Origin: Dicyema japonicum
Taxonomy: Eukaryota; Animalia; Dicyemida
DNA length: 64,000 nt
Assembly (NCBI GenBank): GCA_011109175.1
Contig: RDEW01000014.1
Location: 558,001-622,000, forward strand
Direction: 5' to 3'
In this document: in pieces, positions 12,131 to 23,635 of the stretch
How positions within the stretch are numbered: position 1 is the stretch's first letter
Layout of the letters: each line of letters opens with the position of its first letter
Made by a program: the position numbers and the translations under genes
The notes under the pieces: model-generated
The model's database searches: none
What the model saw: only the letters and a program-made list of their open reading frames with translations
Told to the model about the DNA's origin: nothing

Positions 12131-13084
12131 CAACGTGATAATAAGTTATTTGAAAAATTATTTAAAATTAAGAGAACTGAAATACAATTTTTGAATATCC
12201 TTGATGCGTCTTCTTGGGTGAAGTAAGTTTTCCCTTATCATTTATAAACAAATATTGACATAATCTGGATGATAAATTACTCCGTAGTTAATTTTAATAG
12301 ATTACTTCCAGATATCTTAAAATTAAAATTCCATTTCAAACATAATTATAGTTATTTTTTACTTCAGTAAAATTTTTACAAAATTGCACTGCTGGTTATT
12401 TGAGCAAATCTCAGACGCCATCTTTAGACGGGATAGCCACGTAGTCAGGGCAGCCGCTATACGACAATTTACTCTCTTTTTTTCTTAAATAAAAAAATAA
12501 TATTCAACAATTTCAAAACAATTTCCCCTTCTGACAGGAATTATTTTGGGTAGATAGCCAATTTTAATAAAATTTTCTGTTTTTTATGCAATTTTCTACA
12601 CTTTTTCATAGAGGAAGTAAAACGATATCCTATACCCTTAAACAAATTTTGTGAAATTTACTGTTTAACTTATGCAAGGAAAACCATATTCGACTAAGCA
12701 TTAGTGATCTCAAACTTATCAGTTAGCACCTTAAATAAATGTTAAGGTTTAAATAATTAGGTTTTTTAATAAAAATAATAATCTGTCCCCGACATAATTA
12801 TTTTATTGCACAGGATAATGGACTCTGATTTAAACACGCAAAACATCGAGGATTCTTAGACTCACCTTTGATTAGGAACTCTCTTTTATCTGACATGTTG
12901 AGAACAAAGTTACTTCTGTATGAAGAAAATGAAAATTTTAAAAGTGCTCTCGAAACACTTAAAGACAAAACTGGGAGTTTATGAACGATTTTCCGACCTA
13001 CGATGACGTATGCAAGTGCTTCGTGGGCAATGCAAAATTCACGGTCCTCGTAAAAGTACAACCTATTATTTAAAATCTTCTAAT

Positions 13085-13440
13085 TATTATTATTAAAACC
13101 AAAAATCACCTACAAATTAAAAAACTACATAGCCGTCTGGTGATTCCGGACGCCTCGACTAGCCATCTCATTCTTGCTCGGTGTTTCTCGGGTTCCAACG
13201 CATTTCCGGATTGGGCAGGGGTTTCTAACTTTTTTGAGGGGTAGTAAGGCTCCGGTTTTCTTCACTAATTCCTCAAATAGTGTAGGGTTTAGAGGTGTCT
13301 GGGAAAACCTTTGCATAGCCTTATTGGCCATTTTTTGGAATGTATTGATTTTTTCCATATTCGCGTTTAATAGTTTGGTATCCCATGCAATTAAATTACA
13401 ACGAAAATTCTTAAAGGCTGCAGTCTACCGAGCTGCCCCC
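13085..13440 (-). mobile_element. APE-type LINE 3' end (family A)
   Basis: Post-RT tail IAWDTKL...KINTFQK, ending in the family GGAATCACC motif with a downstream complementary arm. Confidence 0.65.
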
Positions 13441-14078
13441 TGTTTCATATAATATCGAAATATCTACAAACATGTAAAAAGTTTGAGCCGATCCATGTCC
13501 TATGAGAACAGTAGTACATGATTCTCGACCCTGCCGGACTCTTACCCTCCTTTATCTTTCTGGGTTCACATAGTTAGTTGAGAATTTTTATTTCTTTATC
13601 TTTGCTCCAGTTATCCTGGGGGTAATAATAAGTAATTTGCCACTCACGATAGAAATAGATGTCTACTGATGGATCATTAGGTTTCAGAACGTCAAAGCAT
13701 TTGAGTGTAAATAGACATCCCAGTTCTTGAAAAAATAGTGACTTCCTGATTATATCTCCAGTTACCTTGACAACAATTTCGCAGAAATTGAACCTGTCCA
13801 AGAGACCTCCTTATTTTTTCTTTTGAGAATTCTCTGTCTTTTTTGGAACAGAAAATGAATTTACCACGTTGCTAATATTTATGAAAGTTAATACATGTGG
13901 CGTCCCACAGAAGTTGCTTCCTTTCCTCGAACTAAAAAATCGTATTCCGCCTCCTCTGTCAAGCATGGCTACAGCATGGAGTAGTTTTTTTATTTACGGA
14001 TAAAAAGTAACAATTCAAAAAGTAACTAAACTCATTCATATATATAAAAAACAAAATTCACAACCAATAATAAAGTGA

Positions 14079-15357
14079 TCAATATCTCTTCTCATAAAGT
14101 ACAAGAAAACGTGAATAACCACACAATTTCTGTTCACACTTTTCCATCAAAAACAATGAAGTGTTCATAAGCAAATCTGCAATTTCACTCCAACAGACAC
14201 ATGGTATGAAGAATACGAGTTACCCCCTCGTCTTAACATCGTTTCAGAGAACTTTAATAAGCGTTGATAAATCGCATAAGGATCCACAGAACCCTGTCCA
14301 TTCTTCTTCAAGCTCTCCCGCACTCCATAAGGTGCTAAAGACAATATTACAAACTCAAATACGGTCTGTGATGATAGCATCATATTTAAAGTGATTCCTC
14401 TTTCAGCGGTAATCTGTAAAAGTCCGCAGCCAAAACGTCAATTAGTCTGTCAGAGAGATCATACTGGAAGAAATTGGCTGCATTGGACTCACGTCGTTGT
14501 CTCCACGTCTTTTTCGCCCGAGTAGACCGTCCTCGCCCTTTGAGAAGAGTCAGATCCAATTCTGATCCAAGGACAAAGGCACCGTCGTGGGCAGCAGCCA
14601 ACAAAATACTGCCTGTCCCCACAAAAGGATCTAACACAAGTCTACCAGACGAACAACACGCAAAATTGCTCATCAAAAAAGCCATAAGCGGATCCATAGA
14701 TGTTCTTCCTAAAATTCATTCTCAATATAACCTATGAAAACTCGATTCTTTAAAGAATACGCCTTATTTAAGACGTATTTACGACCTCTTTTAAGTAAAA
14801 CTCCTAGGAAAATTCGACTAGGGACTTTCTCCTTAGCTTTGTAATATTCAAGCAATCCAAATTCGACGTCAGGGTTCTTTAGGCAAACGTCACAGTCAAA
14901 AATTGAATAATTCATAAAATCTAATTTCTAATATTAACATAAATTAGTTTTTTTATAAAAAATTTACTTTAAACTTTTCATGTTGTTCCTCAATCGAAAT
15001 TTTTATATTAACAGTTTCCAAGTGATAAGACCAAGTTAGGTTCTGAGAATTAAGCAGAGGGTCGTTACAAGTGCTATAATCTCCGAGAAACTCATCCCAC
15101 GTAAACCCGTCGGCTATAAATCTGTATGCTGCTCTTGTATTGATTGACACAAGTTTACTTTATTAAAATAGACCGCTCAGTGAAAATTTCGAAATTTTTC
15201 TCAGTCATTGTGCATTTTAGAAATGGTCCGTGGAGTTCAATACTTGAAATGTCGAATTCGGGAAGAAGAGATCTCAATTCCTGAAATAACTCCTTCTTAT
15301 TACAGGAATCCAAAAGTTTTCTAATTGAAGTGAATAGTGAAGAATATAAATTGGCAT
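14079..15357 (-). CDS. TRMT11: tRNA (guanine-10-N2)-methyltransferase
   Basis: Five introns (15281-15303, 15134-15158, 14928-14967, 14709-14731, 14335-14362) join YSLKNRVFIGRTSMDP, VLDPFVGTGS, DAIITDPPYGVRE and CEQKL; two 1-nt indels. Confidence 0.92.
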
Positions 15358-15559
15358 CACTAGATCGAACGTGGAATTATTAAAATTATTTAAACAAATG
15401 TTTTTATTTATTTATAAAAATCTTGTAAAAAATATTTTAAATTCTTAAGTCGATAGAATGTTTTAGTGGTAGCATATTTTTATTAACAGGATGTTCACTT
15501 AGCTTCGTGATGGACTCCAATATATAATGCAGCCACATGACCATCATCGAATGATTAAC

Positions 15560-16652
15560 TGTCACAGTCCAGATCTGCGAGACGCCTGAGCCGCCATGCT
15601 CAAGATACGAAAAAAATATTTTTAATAAAATTTCATTGTAAGAAATTATCAATATTAAAAAATAAAACTTATATATAATTTTTTTGAAAATATCAATTAT
15701 AAAATATGGTTCTAGTGGAATTAACACGCGCAGCAATTTAAAAAATTAAGATTTCAGTGAATCGGAAACGATACGCTCAAATTTTCAGTTTCAAGAAATC
15801 CGAAGCGTGCATTACTAAAAATGGTCAAGAGTTGCGATTCTTTTTTATTGTGGAAGCTAAATTAAAACTAAAATATATTGAAGTTGTATATTTGTTAATT
15901 TAAATTAGGCTCAACATAATCTAAATCACTTTGGACGTGATAAATTATATAGTTTATTGTCACTTAGCATTTATGATGCAAGACGTAGTGAAGTGGCTAC
16001 TGTGGTATCTAAATGTGTTTATTTCAGGTAAATTATTTATTCTAACAATTTTAGTCTGAACGAATGCTTGCGGCTAAACAAGTAATTACGGAAAATATTA
16101 TCAAATCAGGCGAAGAATGAAAAACCGTAGAAATGGAAATACGACGAAATTGAAGATGGCGATGAAATTTTAATACGCCACAACGGGGACGCAAACGTAG
16201 CTAATAGAAAATACCCCTTATACGGCCAAATCTCAACGAAAAATATACTGTAACAAATACCGAAGGAGAAATGATCAAATTCTAGATGATGAAGATAAAG
16301 AATTTAACACCATACATATAAGCCAGGTCAAAAAGTTATGATAATTTTAATTTTTTGATTTGTTTTCTTTGAAAATATTGTATCAATTAAAATAACATTT
16401 TAATAAATTTTATTGCTAAAATAGTTTGGTCAACTATTTTCGTGAATTTTTAAATAAAATGAAAAAACGTTACATTCAATTAATGATTTTGATGGAATGT
16501 TGGTTTACAGGAAATCACGATCTTTAAAATAATAGGGAAAAAATTAATAATTTCAGACATTTAATCAAAAGATCAAGAAAAAAACTTCAGAAATGTAATT
16601 TTTATTAACAATTATTAGTATTTTTAAAATCTCGCAGCTCTGGACTGTGACA
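15560..16652 (+). mobile_element. Non-autonomous Ginger-like (integrase-type) DNA transposon, TGT...ACA ends, 5-bp TSD
   Basis: 23-bp TIRs with 22/23 identity (15560-15582, 16630-16652); TTAAC on both sides; spliced remnant with integrase zinc-finger pattern HNLNHFGRDKL...RSEVATVVSKC; no DDE core. Confidence 0.7.
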
Positions 16653-16749
16653 TTAACTTCCATATAACAGAATGGAGATACATGTGCTCATTGATGACCA
16701 TTGGTCAAAAAATACCCCAAACTGAAAAATATAATCACATTACAAGATC

Positions 16750-17035
16750 CTAAAACTGTCCGAACTTTTTGGAGACATGCTGCGCTTTGCTTCTACAACT
16801 CACGAGAATTATGCGGTGGAAATGTATTTCATGGATGAATATTGAACAGATTATCTTCAAAACTCTCTCGGTTGTTCTCAACGGTGACCTAACAAAAATC
16901 AATAATAAACTATTTACACAAGATCTCGACAACCTACGAAAAAAAACACTGAACAGGGTAGTCTGGAAGAAGCTAGTTGACAGGATCTGTCAGGTGGCAC
17001 AAGAGGAATTAACCTTGCTATTATTTTTCAAACAG
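16750..17035 (+). mobile_element. RTE-like LINE 3' fragment
   Basis: DLDNLRKKTLNRVVWKKLV, same tail type as 27333-27671. Confidence 0.6.
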
Positions 17036-17199
17036 TGATTTTAATAATTGTTGGTTAAATAAAATGGATAAAAGTCCTTGTCTTTTTTCTCGTCATCAAG
17101 GACAAGGTGACGGGTTCAGGAGACATTTGAAACCCGATGTTCTGAAACGTTGTACGTAGCATCCAAATTTTTGGGTCAGAAATATAATCTTTTTATGAT

Positions 17200-17426
17200 C
17201 CTTCTAAGCATCCTAATTTGTCTTATGACTCCACGTTGGGACTTGTTCCTCAATTTTTTTCTAGTGCCACGTGGTGCTATGTGGCTAATTGGTTAAAGTT
17301 TTCTGCTTGTTTTGTCTGTTTCTTCTCCCTTACTTGCTAAAGTGGGGTCATTTTATCCACTTGTCTCAAGAGGCGCCTTGTGTCAGTCTGACACGAAAAA
17401 GGATGATTTGCTTTCCCCCACTCCAG
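17200..17426 (+). mobile_element. LINE family B 3'-region fragment
   Basis: Homologous to 18840-19060, 23300-23470 and 60950-61140. Confidence 0.7.
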
Positions 17427-18134
17427 AAAATCTCAACTCTACGAATCTCTCAACAATGGAAGCTCTGATCCGTCACAGAAAATCTCTTCCTCGTGGATTT
17501 TAGCAGAAAAGAGATCTCCACCTCTCATTATGACGAAATAGATCTTTCTTCCAATGAATTCAGCCTAATGAGTCAAAAATGACAAAGAAACCCGAAAAGG
17601 TGTTTTATGAGGATATTTTGGGGGATGGTTTTTTTTATTATGACTTTTTTTAGAAATGAGAGCTCATGGTGTCTCGTATTACAATCTATCACGTGACGAA
17701 GGGGAGAGAATGAGGCAGCTGAAGATGTTTGATGACTTTGAGAAGGAGGCTGAAGCGAAAAGAAAGGAACATAATAAGAAGGTCGAAGAACGACAGTCCG
17801 CTTTGGCTGAGAGACTGAATAAAATTAAACGGAAAAAGCTCAGAGAAGCGGGACTTGACCCAGAACTTTTTGGTGGAGGTTGTTTTTGTTGATGAATGCA
17901 GTGGATTCTTACGAGGAAGTCGTTGTCGCCAAAAGAGACCCTTCACCCGAGACTGTTGTCGAACAAAAATCATTGGAGGTGAATAAGGAAGATCATGAAG
18001 TAAGAGAATGGGATGTTGGGAAACGGAATTACTCGAAGACAACCCGTTTGGATGACAGTGAGTTTGAGAGGGACCGCAAGTACTATGAAAATAAAAGAAG
18101 TCAGAGAGATCTTGAATTTGCCCCTTATTATTGA
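17427..18134 (+). CDS. CCDC174: CCDC174-like protein, N-terminus not located
   Basis: KSQLYE...FLVDFSRK, VFYEDILGDEMRAHGVSYYNLSRDE, AERLNKIKRKK, VREWDVGK, R..EFAP; introns 17628-17653 and 17879-17901; two indels. Confidence 0.78.
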
Positions 18135-18839
18135 CATTTTTAATTTTTTATTAACTCCTAATATATTAGGGAGACGTTTATGATTATTGGCAACATCAAG
18201 TAGAAACATACAAAGTTATATTAACACACTTGAGGCACCAAAATACTATACTTTGGACCAACCTCTTCCAACTTAATCTGTTGCAGGTGATGCTTCTTAG
18301 GACATGCAAATCGTTTGCCCTTTTCATTTGTCGGTTAATTGGTTTCTCATCGTTGTCGAGGACTTATCCAACTCTGGTGCACTACGACATATCTCTAATA
18401 CTCTTAATCTCTTCTTCCCCTTCTTAATGGACTCGAGAAATCCTGAGATGTTAATTCTCAAATATTTTTTAATAATACGACGAAATGAGTAATTTTTAAG
18501 AAGGATTAATTTGGGGTAGTGTAAGGTTAAGTTTGTGGTAGCACGATAAGAACAGTGAAATTTAAAGAACCTAATAAATTCATGTCACTTAAACTAAAAT
18601 CAGTTGACTATGTCTATCTGTCTGTGTATGTATGTTTTCAGTATCGATTTTCCTTACATATCCCTTTAAGATCAAAGTTAGCCAAAAAGGGTTTTTTTTT
18701 AATTACGGAACGATGTACTTCTCAAAGTTCCCCTCTCCCATGCCTCTGGAATCCATAATCATTAAGAACCGAGGAAAGTCCCGTGAGAATACGACTATCT
18801 AGTTATACGACCGATATGGGCTTGTGTGGGCTTTAAGAA

Positions 18840-19205
18840 TCCTTATTTGTATTATGGCTCCACGTTGGGACTTGTTCATCAATTTTTTTCTAATGCCACG
18901 TGGTGCTATGTGGCTATTTGGTTGAAGTTTTCTGCTTGTTTTGTCTGCTTTCCTGCTAGAGTGGCGTCATGTGATCCACCTGTCTCAATAGGCGCCTAGT
19001 GTCAGTCTGGCACGAAAAAAGGATCATTTGCTCTCCCCACTCCACTGGAGGGGTTTCCACAATTGCAAGGAATGGACGTCTTTTACCTTTTATGCTGGTT
19101 CCGGATGGACTTGTGTGACGTTGAAAGACTGTTTCTGTTACATGGAAACTGGATACACTTCATTAGTTCTTAACTTCTTTCTCGGTGTATCCGGGCTTAA
19201 TTTAT
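18840..19205 (+). mobile_element. LINE family B 3' end
   Basis: Ends ETGYT followed by CTTCTTTCTCGGTGTATCCGGG, homologous to the EAGIT*/EAGVT* ends of family A. Confidence 0.7.
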
Positions 19206-19539
19206 TATTATTTTGAATTTCCTCACAACCTTTCAATCGTTTGGGTGTGTGCACCAGTCTCGGGGTTTATAAAATTTCGCCTATAATTTTACATTGCAGG
19301 TGAAACGTCTAGTTCCCTTTCGCCTGTGACATAGGAATTCCTGAGTCATCTAAGGAATCGAATTCCTAAAAGAATAAACATGACGCCAATATTAGTGTCG
19401 TACTATTGGCTACTTGAATTGAAGATTTTTTGTTTGTTTCTTCTGTTCGTCCTCTTCCCTTTTGGCTTAAGGGACGCCTACCTTATTTTACATTAAAGAA
19501 AGCTAACTTGTGATTCACTATATAATGTCGAAAATTATT

Positions 19540-19990
19540 AGATAAGACATCCGGCCACTATCAGAAAGTTTATCGACAAAAATTTCCAACGATCTGTAAT
19601 AATTGGACTTCCTGGCATAAAATTCTTGTAATTAAATCAGTGACTGTTTCAACATATGATCGGGAATTTTTGTCAGAAAGCATTGTTTGTTGACAAATTC
19701 CACCAAGCACCAATTACTGTGGAAGTATACGGCCTCATTGTTCTTATTTTCGAGGACATGCTTTCGTCAACCTCGACTACCAAATTCTGACAGCCTATAG
19801 CGCTGGTGGTTTGCTTTACTTTTCGTAGAAACATCCCCCAATCCACAAATGTGTAGTACTCGATCCTAGTTCTCTACAACACCATTTAAATGATTGGTTG
19901 TAAAAAACTCATAAAATAAAAATCGCATGACATCATGGAGAGACATGTGTGGGGATTTTAAGCATGCTTCTACTGTAATTGGTAGCTCGC
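19540..19990 (-). mobile_element. Merlin/ISXO2-like transposase remnant
   Basis: Frameshifted VVEVDES, LVLGGIC and PGSPIITDRW motifs. Confidence 0.7.
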
Positions 19991-20240
19991 AGTATTTTAT
20001 TTAAAAGATCCACGTTAAAGCTATTAGCCATGTGTCGAAGGTATTAACTATATTTTCACTAAAAAAATAATATTTTAATTTTTTTTAAATTTTGAAACCT
20101 GATCACTATAAACCAAATAATTTTTACATTGAATTTCTGAAAAAGTGATGCAGAAGTTGAAAAATTAACCATTATTTAAAATAAAATTAATAATTAAAAT
20201 AAATTTATTAGGGTAATAAAATTTAAAATTTTAATTTGAA

Positions 20241-20716
20241 ATGGGTAATTGCTGTCCGCAATTTGTAGAATAAAATTCTTTGATTATAGGGCAAAAGAGA
20301 AAGCGAGGAAGAAAATTTGTTAGAAGGCCAACAAATAAAGTAGGTGAATAAATATACTAAAGTTATGGGAGTGTAGAATACGATGAACCTCGTTCAAATC
20401 ATACCGACGATCTGGTTTCCATCGCAAATAGGTTTTGTGCAGGAGATAACTCTAAGAAAAATGATAGATAAATCAACTGATGGCGTTGCTTTCTCAGACG
20501 AATTCCACACCATAGGAATGGATAATTATAAGTACTCCTTTCACTAAGACCAGCAAAATATTGATAAACTCCAACATATCAGAATTTGACTTACCTGAGC
20601 ACTTTATGTTGTCAGAGTCCGAGGCAATTAAAGAAATCTTTATAGTTGATGCCGTAAAGGAAGAAGTTGAAGCAGTTTGTTATTGGTTACTAAACGTAGG
20701 TCCAATCATTCATTGA
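20241..20716 (+). CDS. Small protein with MGNCC lipid-anchor N-terminus, possibly LAMTOR1-like
   Basis: Three GT-AG introns (25, 23, 22 nt) and one indel give MGNCCPQFGKRESEEENLLEG...; gene model better supported than the family call. Confidence 0.6.
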
Positions 20717-21199
20717 AGTTCCAAGATTTAAAGATTATTATTGATTTTTATTCACTATTATGAAAAATTGTTACTTTGAGAGACATTTGACCCAATTCAT
20801 GCCATTTAGTTAGTTTAAGTGAAAGGAATTTAATTTTTAAACTTTTTGCAAAGTAGTGTTGTTAAGAAATTATACAAAATGTTAGATGGTTTCCTTTTAA
20901 AGCCTGTTCATGAGAACTATAATGTCTCGTCCTATGCTGGCAACGTGTCACCTGTCAATCAAACAGTTTTACCAGGCCATTCAGATGTCGTGCTTAATGT
21001 GGCTTTTTATTTTCACTCGTGCCGGACATATATAGTATTTTTTGGCTCTATTCATAAATATAAAAATGTGCTCTATAAAATGCTTATCTGTTTCAGTATT
21101 ATGGAACTTCAATCCATAGTGAGCATTCTAAATGGCAAGCCTGTACATACATCTTCAAGATACAGAAATACAAATTAATGAAAAAATCCGAGAAATTTA

Positions 21200-21335
21200 T
21201 TGTCATTGATTATACTTCAAAGACGAAAAATTTGAAAACACAAACTATGTTTTTTCATGGATTACGAGTCTGAAAAGCGAACTATTGCGGAGTCTATGCA
21301 TAGAACTAGCCATTCGGGGATTCGTAAACAGAGAA
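21200..21335 (+). mobile_element. Integrase zinc-finger N-terminal remnant (Ginger-like?)
   Basis: CFFMDYESEKRTIAESMHRTSHSGIRK parallels the H..H.G..K segment at 15909-15945. Confidence 0.35.
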
Positions 21336-22079
21336 GTGGAGCGATAAGCAGGGAATCTTTGTCTTTCCTCGATTGGTTGGAATATCTTACCACACTAAGA
21401 TGCCATGATGTCCGTGAGGTTTAGTGAGTTAATTTCTATTGCTATAGTGAGAGGCAACATTGTGTCAATTATGTGGTTTAGTTAGTTAAGTTATTCCTGT
21501 CTCATTAACTTGTAGGAGGCTAGCTTTTAAGTAAAAAGTGGAAATGAAAGTCGCTCACATTGACCTAGTTACTTTTGTAGAGCATCGAATAAGTTCTGCA
21601 CATTTGAACTCAGAGAGGTTGCGGTCATTCGGTTTATATTTGTGTGTTGGTAGAGAAGAATCGTGCGTTTTTTTGCTTTGTCCAAAAAATAGCTCAACAC
21701 AACTTTTAATATGTTTATTTTTTCAAGAGGCCTTTGTGCATTGTTCTTCCACGTGTTTTGAGAAGGCTGGTAATTCCTTAAGAACATTATTGAATCCGCA
21801 ATAAAATACCGCAAAAGCGAAATTCCTTAGAAAGTTCTCAATCCGTCATTATAAAACCGCAAAATGTGAAATTCCATTAAAAATTCAAATTCCACATAAA
21901 ATACAACAAAAAGGAAAATCCTCCAAAAAATCTTGAATCGACATAAAATGCCACAAAATAAAAAACTCCACAAGAAAATCCGTCGCATTTATCCGCACTA
22001 GGGCAACCGAAAATAATAAAATGATAATGTTCGCACTTTCCGAAGCCATATCAGTTATCGCTCCCACAAGCAGAACATA

Positions 22080-22310
22080 CACTTTATTTAAGCAAAGAAC
22101 AGTAATAATAGCTAATCGAGGAGGATATTCTTTGTTTTCTTTTCCTTTTAGACTATCCAGTTCCGCAGTGAATGTCCACTGATGACGGCGTCACTCGTCA
22201 AGCTCTTTTATCTTCGTAGATGTGTGGAACCTTCCACCAGGTGAACAGCAGCGTGAATCGAACTCGTGACCTAAGCTACTTTGCCCGACACCTAACCACA
22301 TGCCACCGGC
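22080..22310 (-). mobile_element. tRNA-derived SINE
   Basis: A-box-like TGGCATGTGG (22296-22305) and B box GAGTTCGATTC (22255-22265) on the minus strand; body and AATAAAG tail recur at 61265-61420. Confidence 0.72.
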
Positions 22311-22349
22311 AACAGAAAAGTTACCTTAAATAAAAAATGACCTTATTAA

Positions 22350-23250
22350 AGTTAATTAAATTGTTGATCTATAAAAAGGTGACCAAAAATGCTAGAAAGT
22401 TAAGAATTATTTTTGGCCACAAGTGCCTTGATGGAAGATATTCATTTATCCACTTCAGGATAAATTTAATACGGAAAGCACATTGTGTAACAAATGTACC
22501 ACACACGTGCTATGTGAAACGATTTGAATACAACTGTTTCAATATTTTTTCTGCAGGAACAATATAAGGAACAGCATCTGAAATGAGTAAATATAAATTT
22601 CTTTTTTCAACATTAGCTTTGCGAATAACATCATTAATAATTTGGCATATAATTGCAGAATTAGGGGATGAATCACTAGGAATACATTCAATTAAAATTT
22701 TGAGGATTCTTTAATATTTCAACAAGACAATTTATATATTTTTCTCTACCTAAATCAGTTTCGTCGATCATTAAAATAATGTTCTCATTTGAAATTGCTT
22801 CAATAATTTTTGAAACTATCCGTTTTGTGAGAAACTTTACAATATCGCGGCATCTGGTTTCCAAAGTAACAGAATGACAATGTTTCTAGAAAAAATTACA
22901 ATTGTAGGATTTCTTAGCTTATAACGCGGTATATTTGCAGATAAAAATGCTTCTGCTAGATCATTAGCAAAACAATCAGTAGTAGAGTCAATCTTAATAT
23001 AATTTTGCAATGTTCGTATTTGGAATCCTTGAATTATGTTTTTGAGTTTTCCTGTGTTTTTCGATAAACCATTGCTTTTTATAAGTAACACATAAAATGT
23101 ATAATTTACAAAACAATCTTCTGTCCGATGAAAAAAAAATTCTTTATCAACAATAGAAGAAGGCTCTTTTAGAATCGGTAATTTTTTTCTAATCCTCACT
23201 ATTTAACCTTCATTTAAACAATATTCCTAACAAAACAAAAAACTCTTCTC
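22350..23250 (-). mobile_element. hAT-related transposase (CGGBP1/DUF659-like), N-terminal half, degraded
   Basis: DLAEAFLSANIP.YKLRNP, LMIDET, LLISDAVPYI, HSTCVVHLLHN. Confidence 0.8.
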
Positions 23251-23299
23251 TCTTTTACGCAGATGATCTAATAATTGTTTCATGTTTTAAATAACGAAG

Positions 23300-23635
23300 G
23301 CTCGTGGCGCCATGTGGCTACTTATTGAAGATTTCTGTTTGTTTCATCTGTTCCTACTCTTCCATTTTTTAATATAATAACGTCCTGATCCACATGTTCA
23401 CGTGGGGCCCAATGCCACGGTGGCACGAAAAAGGATCATTTTCTATCTCCCACTCCACTGGAGTGATTTCCATTACTACAAAGAATGGACGCATTTTACC
23501 TTTTATGTTGGTTCTGGATTGACTTGTGTGCGTTGAAGGACTGTGTTTTTGTGACACTTTAAACTGTGACACTTTAAACTGGATACACTTGATTAGTTAT
23601 TAACTGTTAACTTTCTTCTCGGGGTTAATAATAAT
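23300..23635 (+). mobile_element. LINE family B 3' end
   Basis: Homologous to 18895-19205. Confidence 0.7.

Noticed and set aside
12924-12992. Short insert between TATGAA repeats inside a LINE remnant
   Set aside because: A 6-bp AT-rich match could be chance and the insert has no features.
13500-13990. Spliced gene downstream of TRMT11
   Set aside because: GT-AG candidates exist but no consistent frame or recognisable product could be built.
21540-22080. Hydrophobic minus-strand frames as a membrane protein
   Set aside because: T-rich low-complexity sequence gives hydrophobic translations by default; no family motif.
22165-22205. Hammerhead ribozyme (CTGATGA followed by a stem; also near 61395)
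   Set aside because: The required GAAA after stem II is absent (CAAG/CAAA), no stem III with a cleavage triplet is evident, and the G-U pairing favours the opposite strand.
22250-22310. tRNA gene
   Set aside because: A and B boxes are present but there is no acceptor stem or proper anticodon arm; treated as a SINE head.
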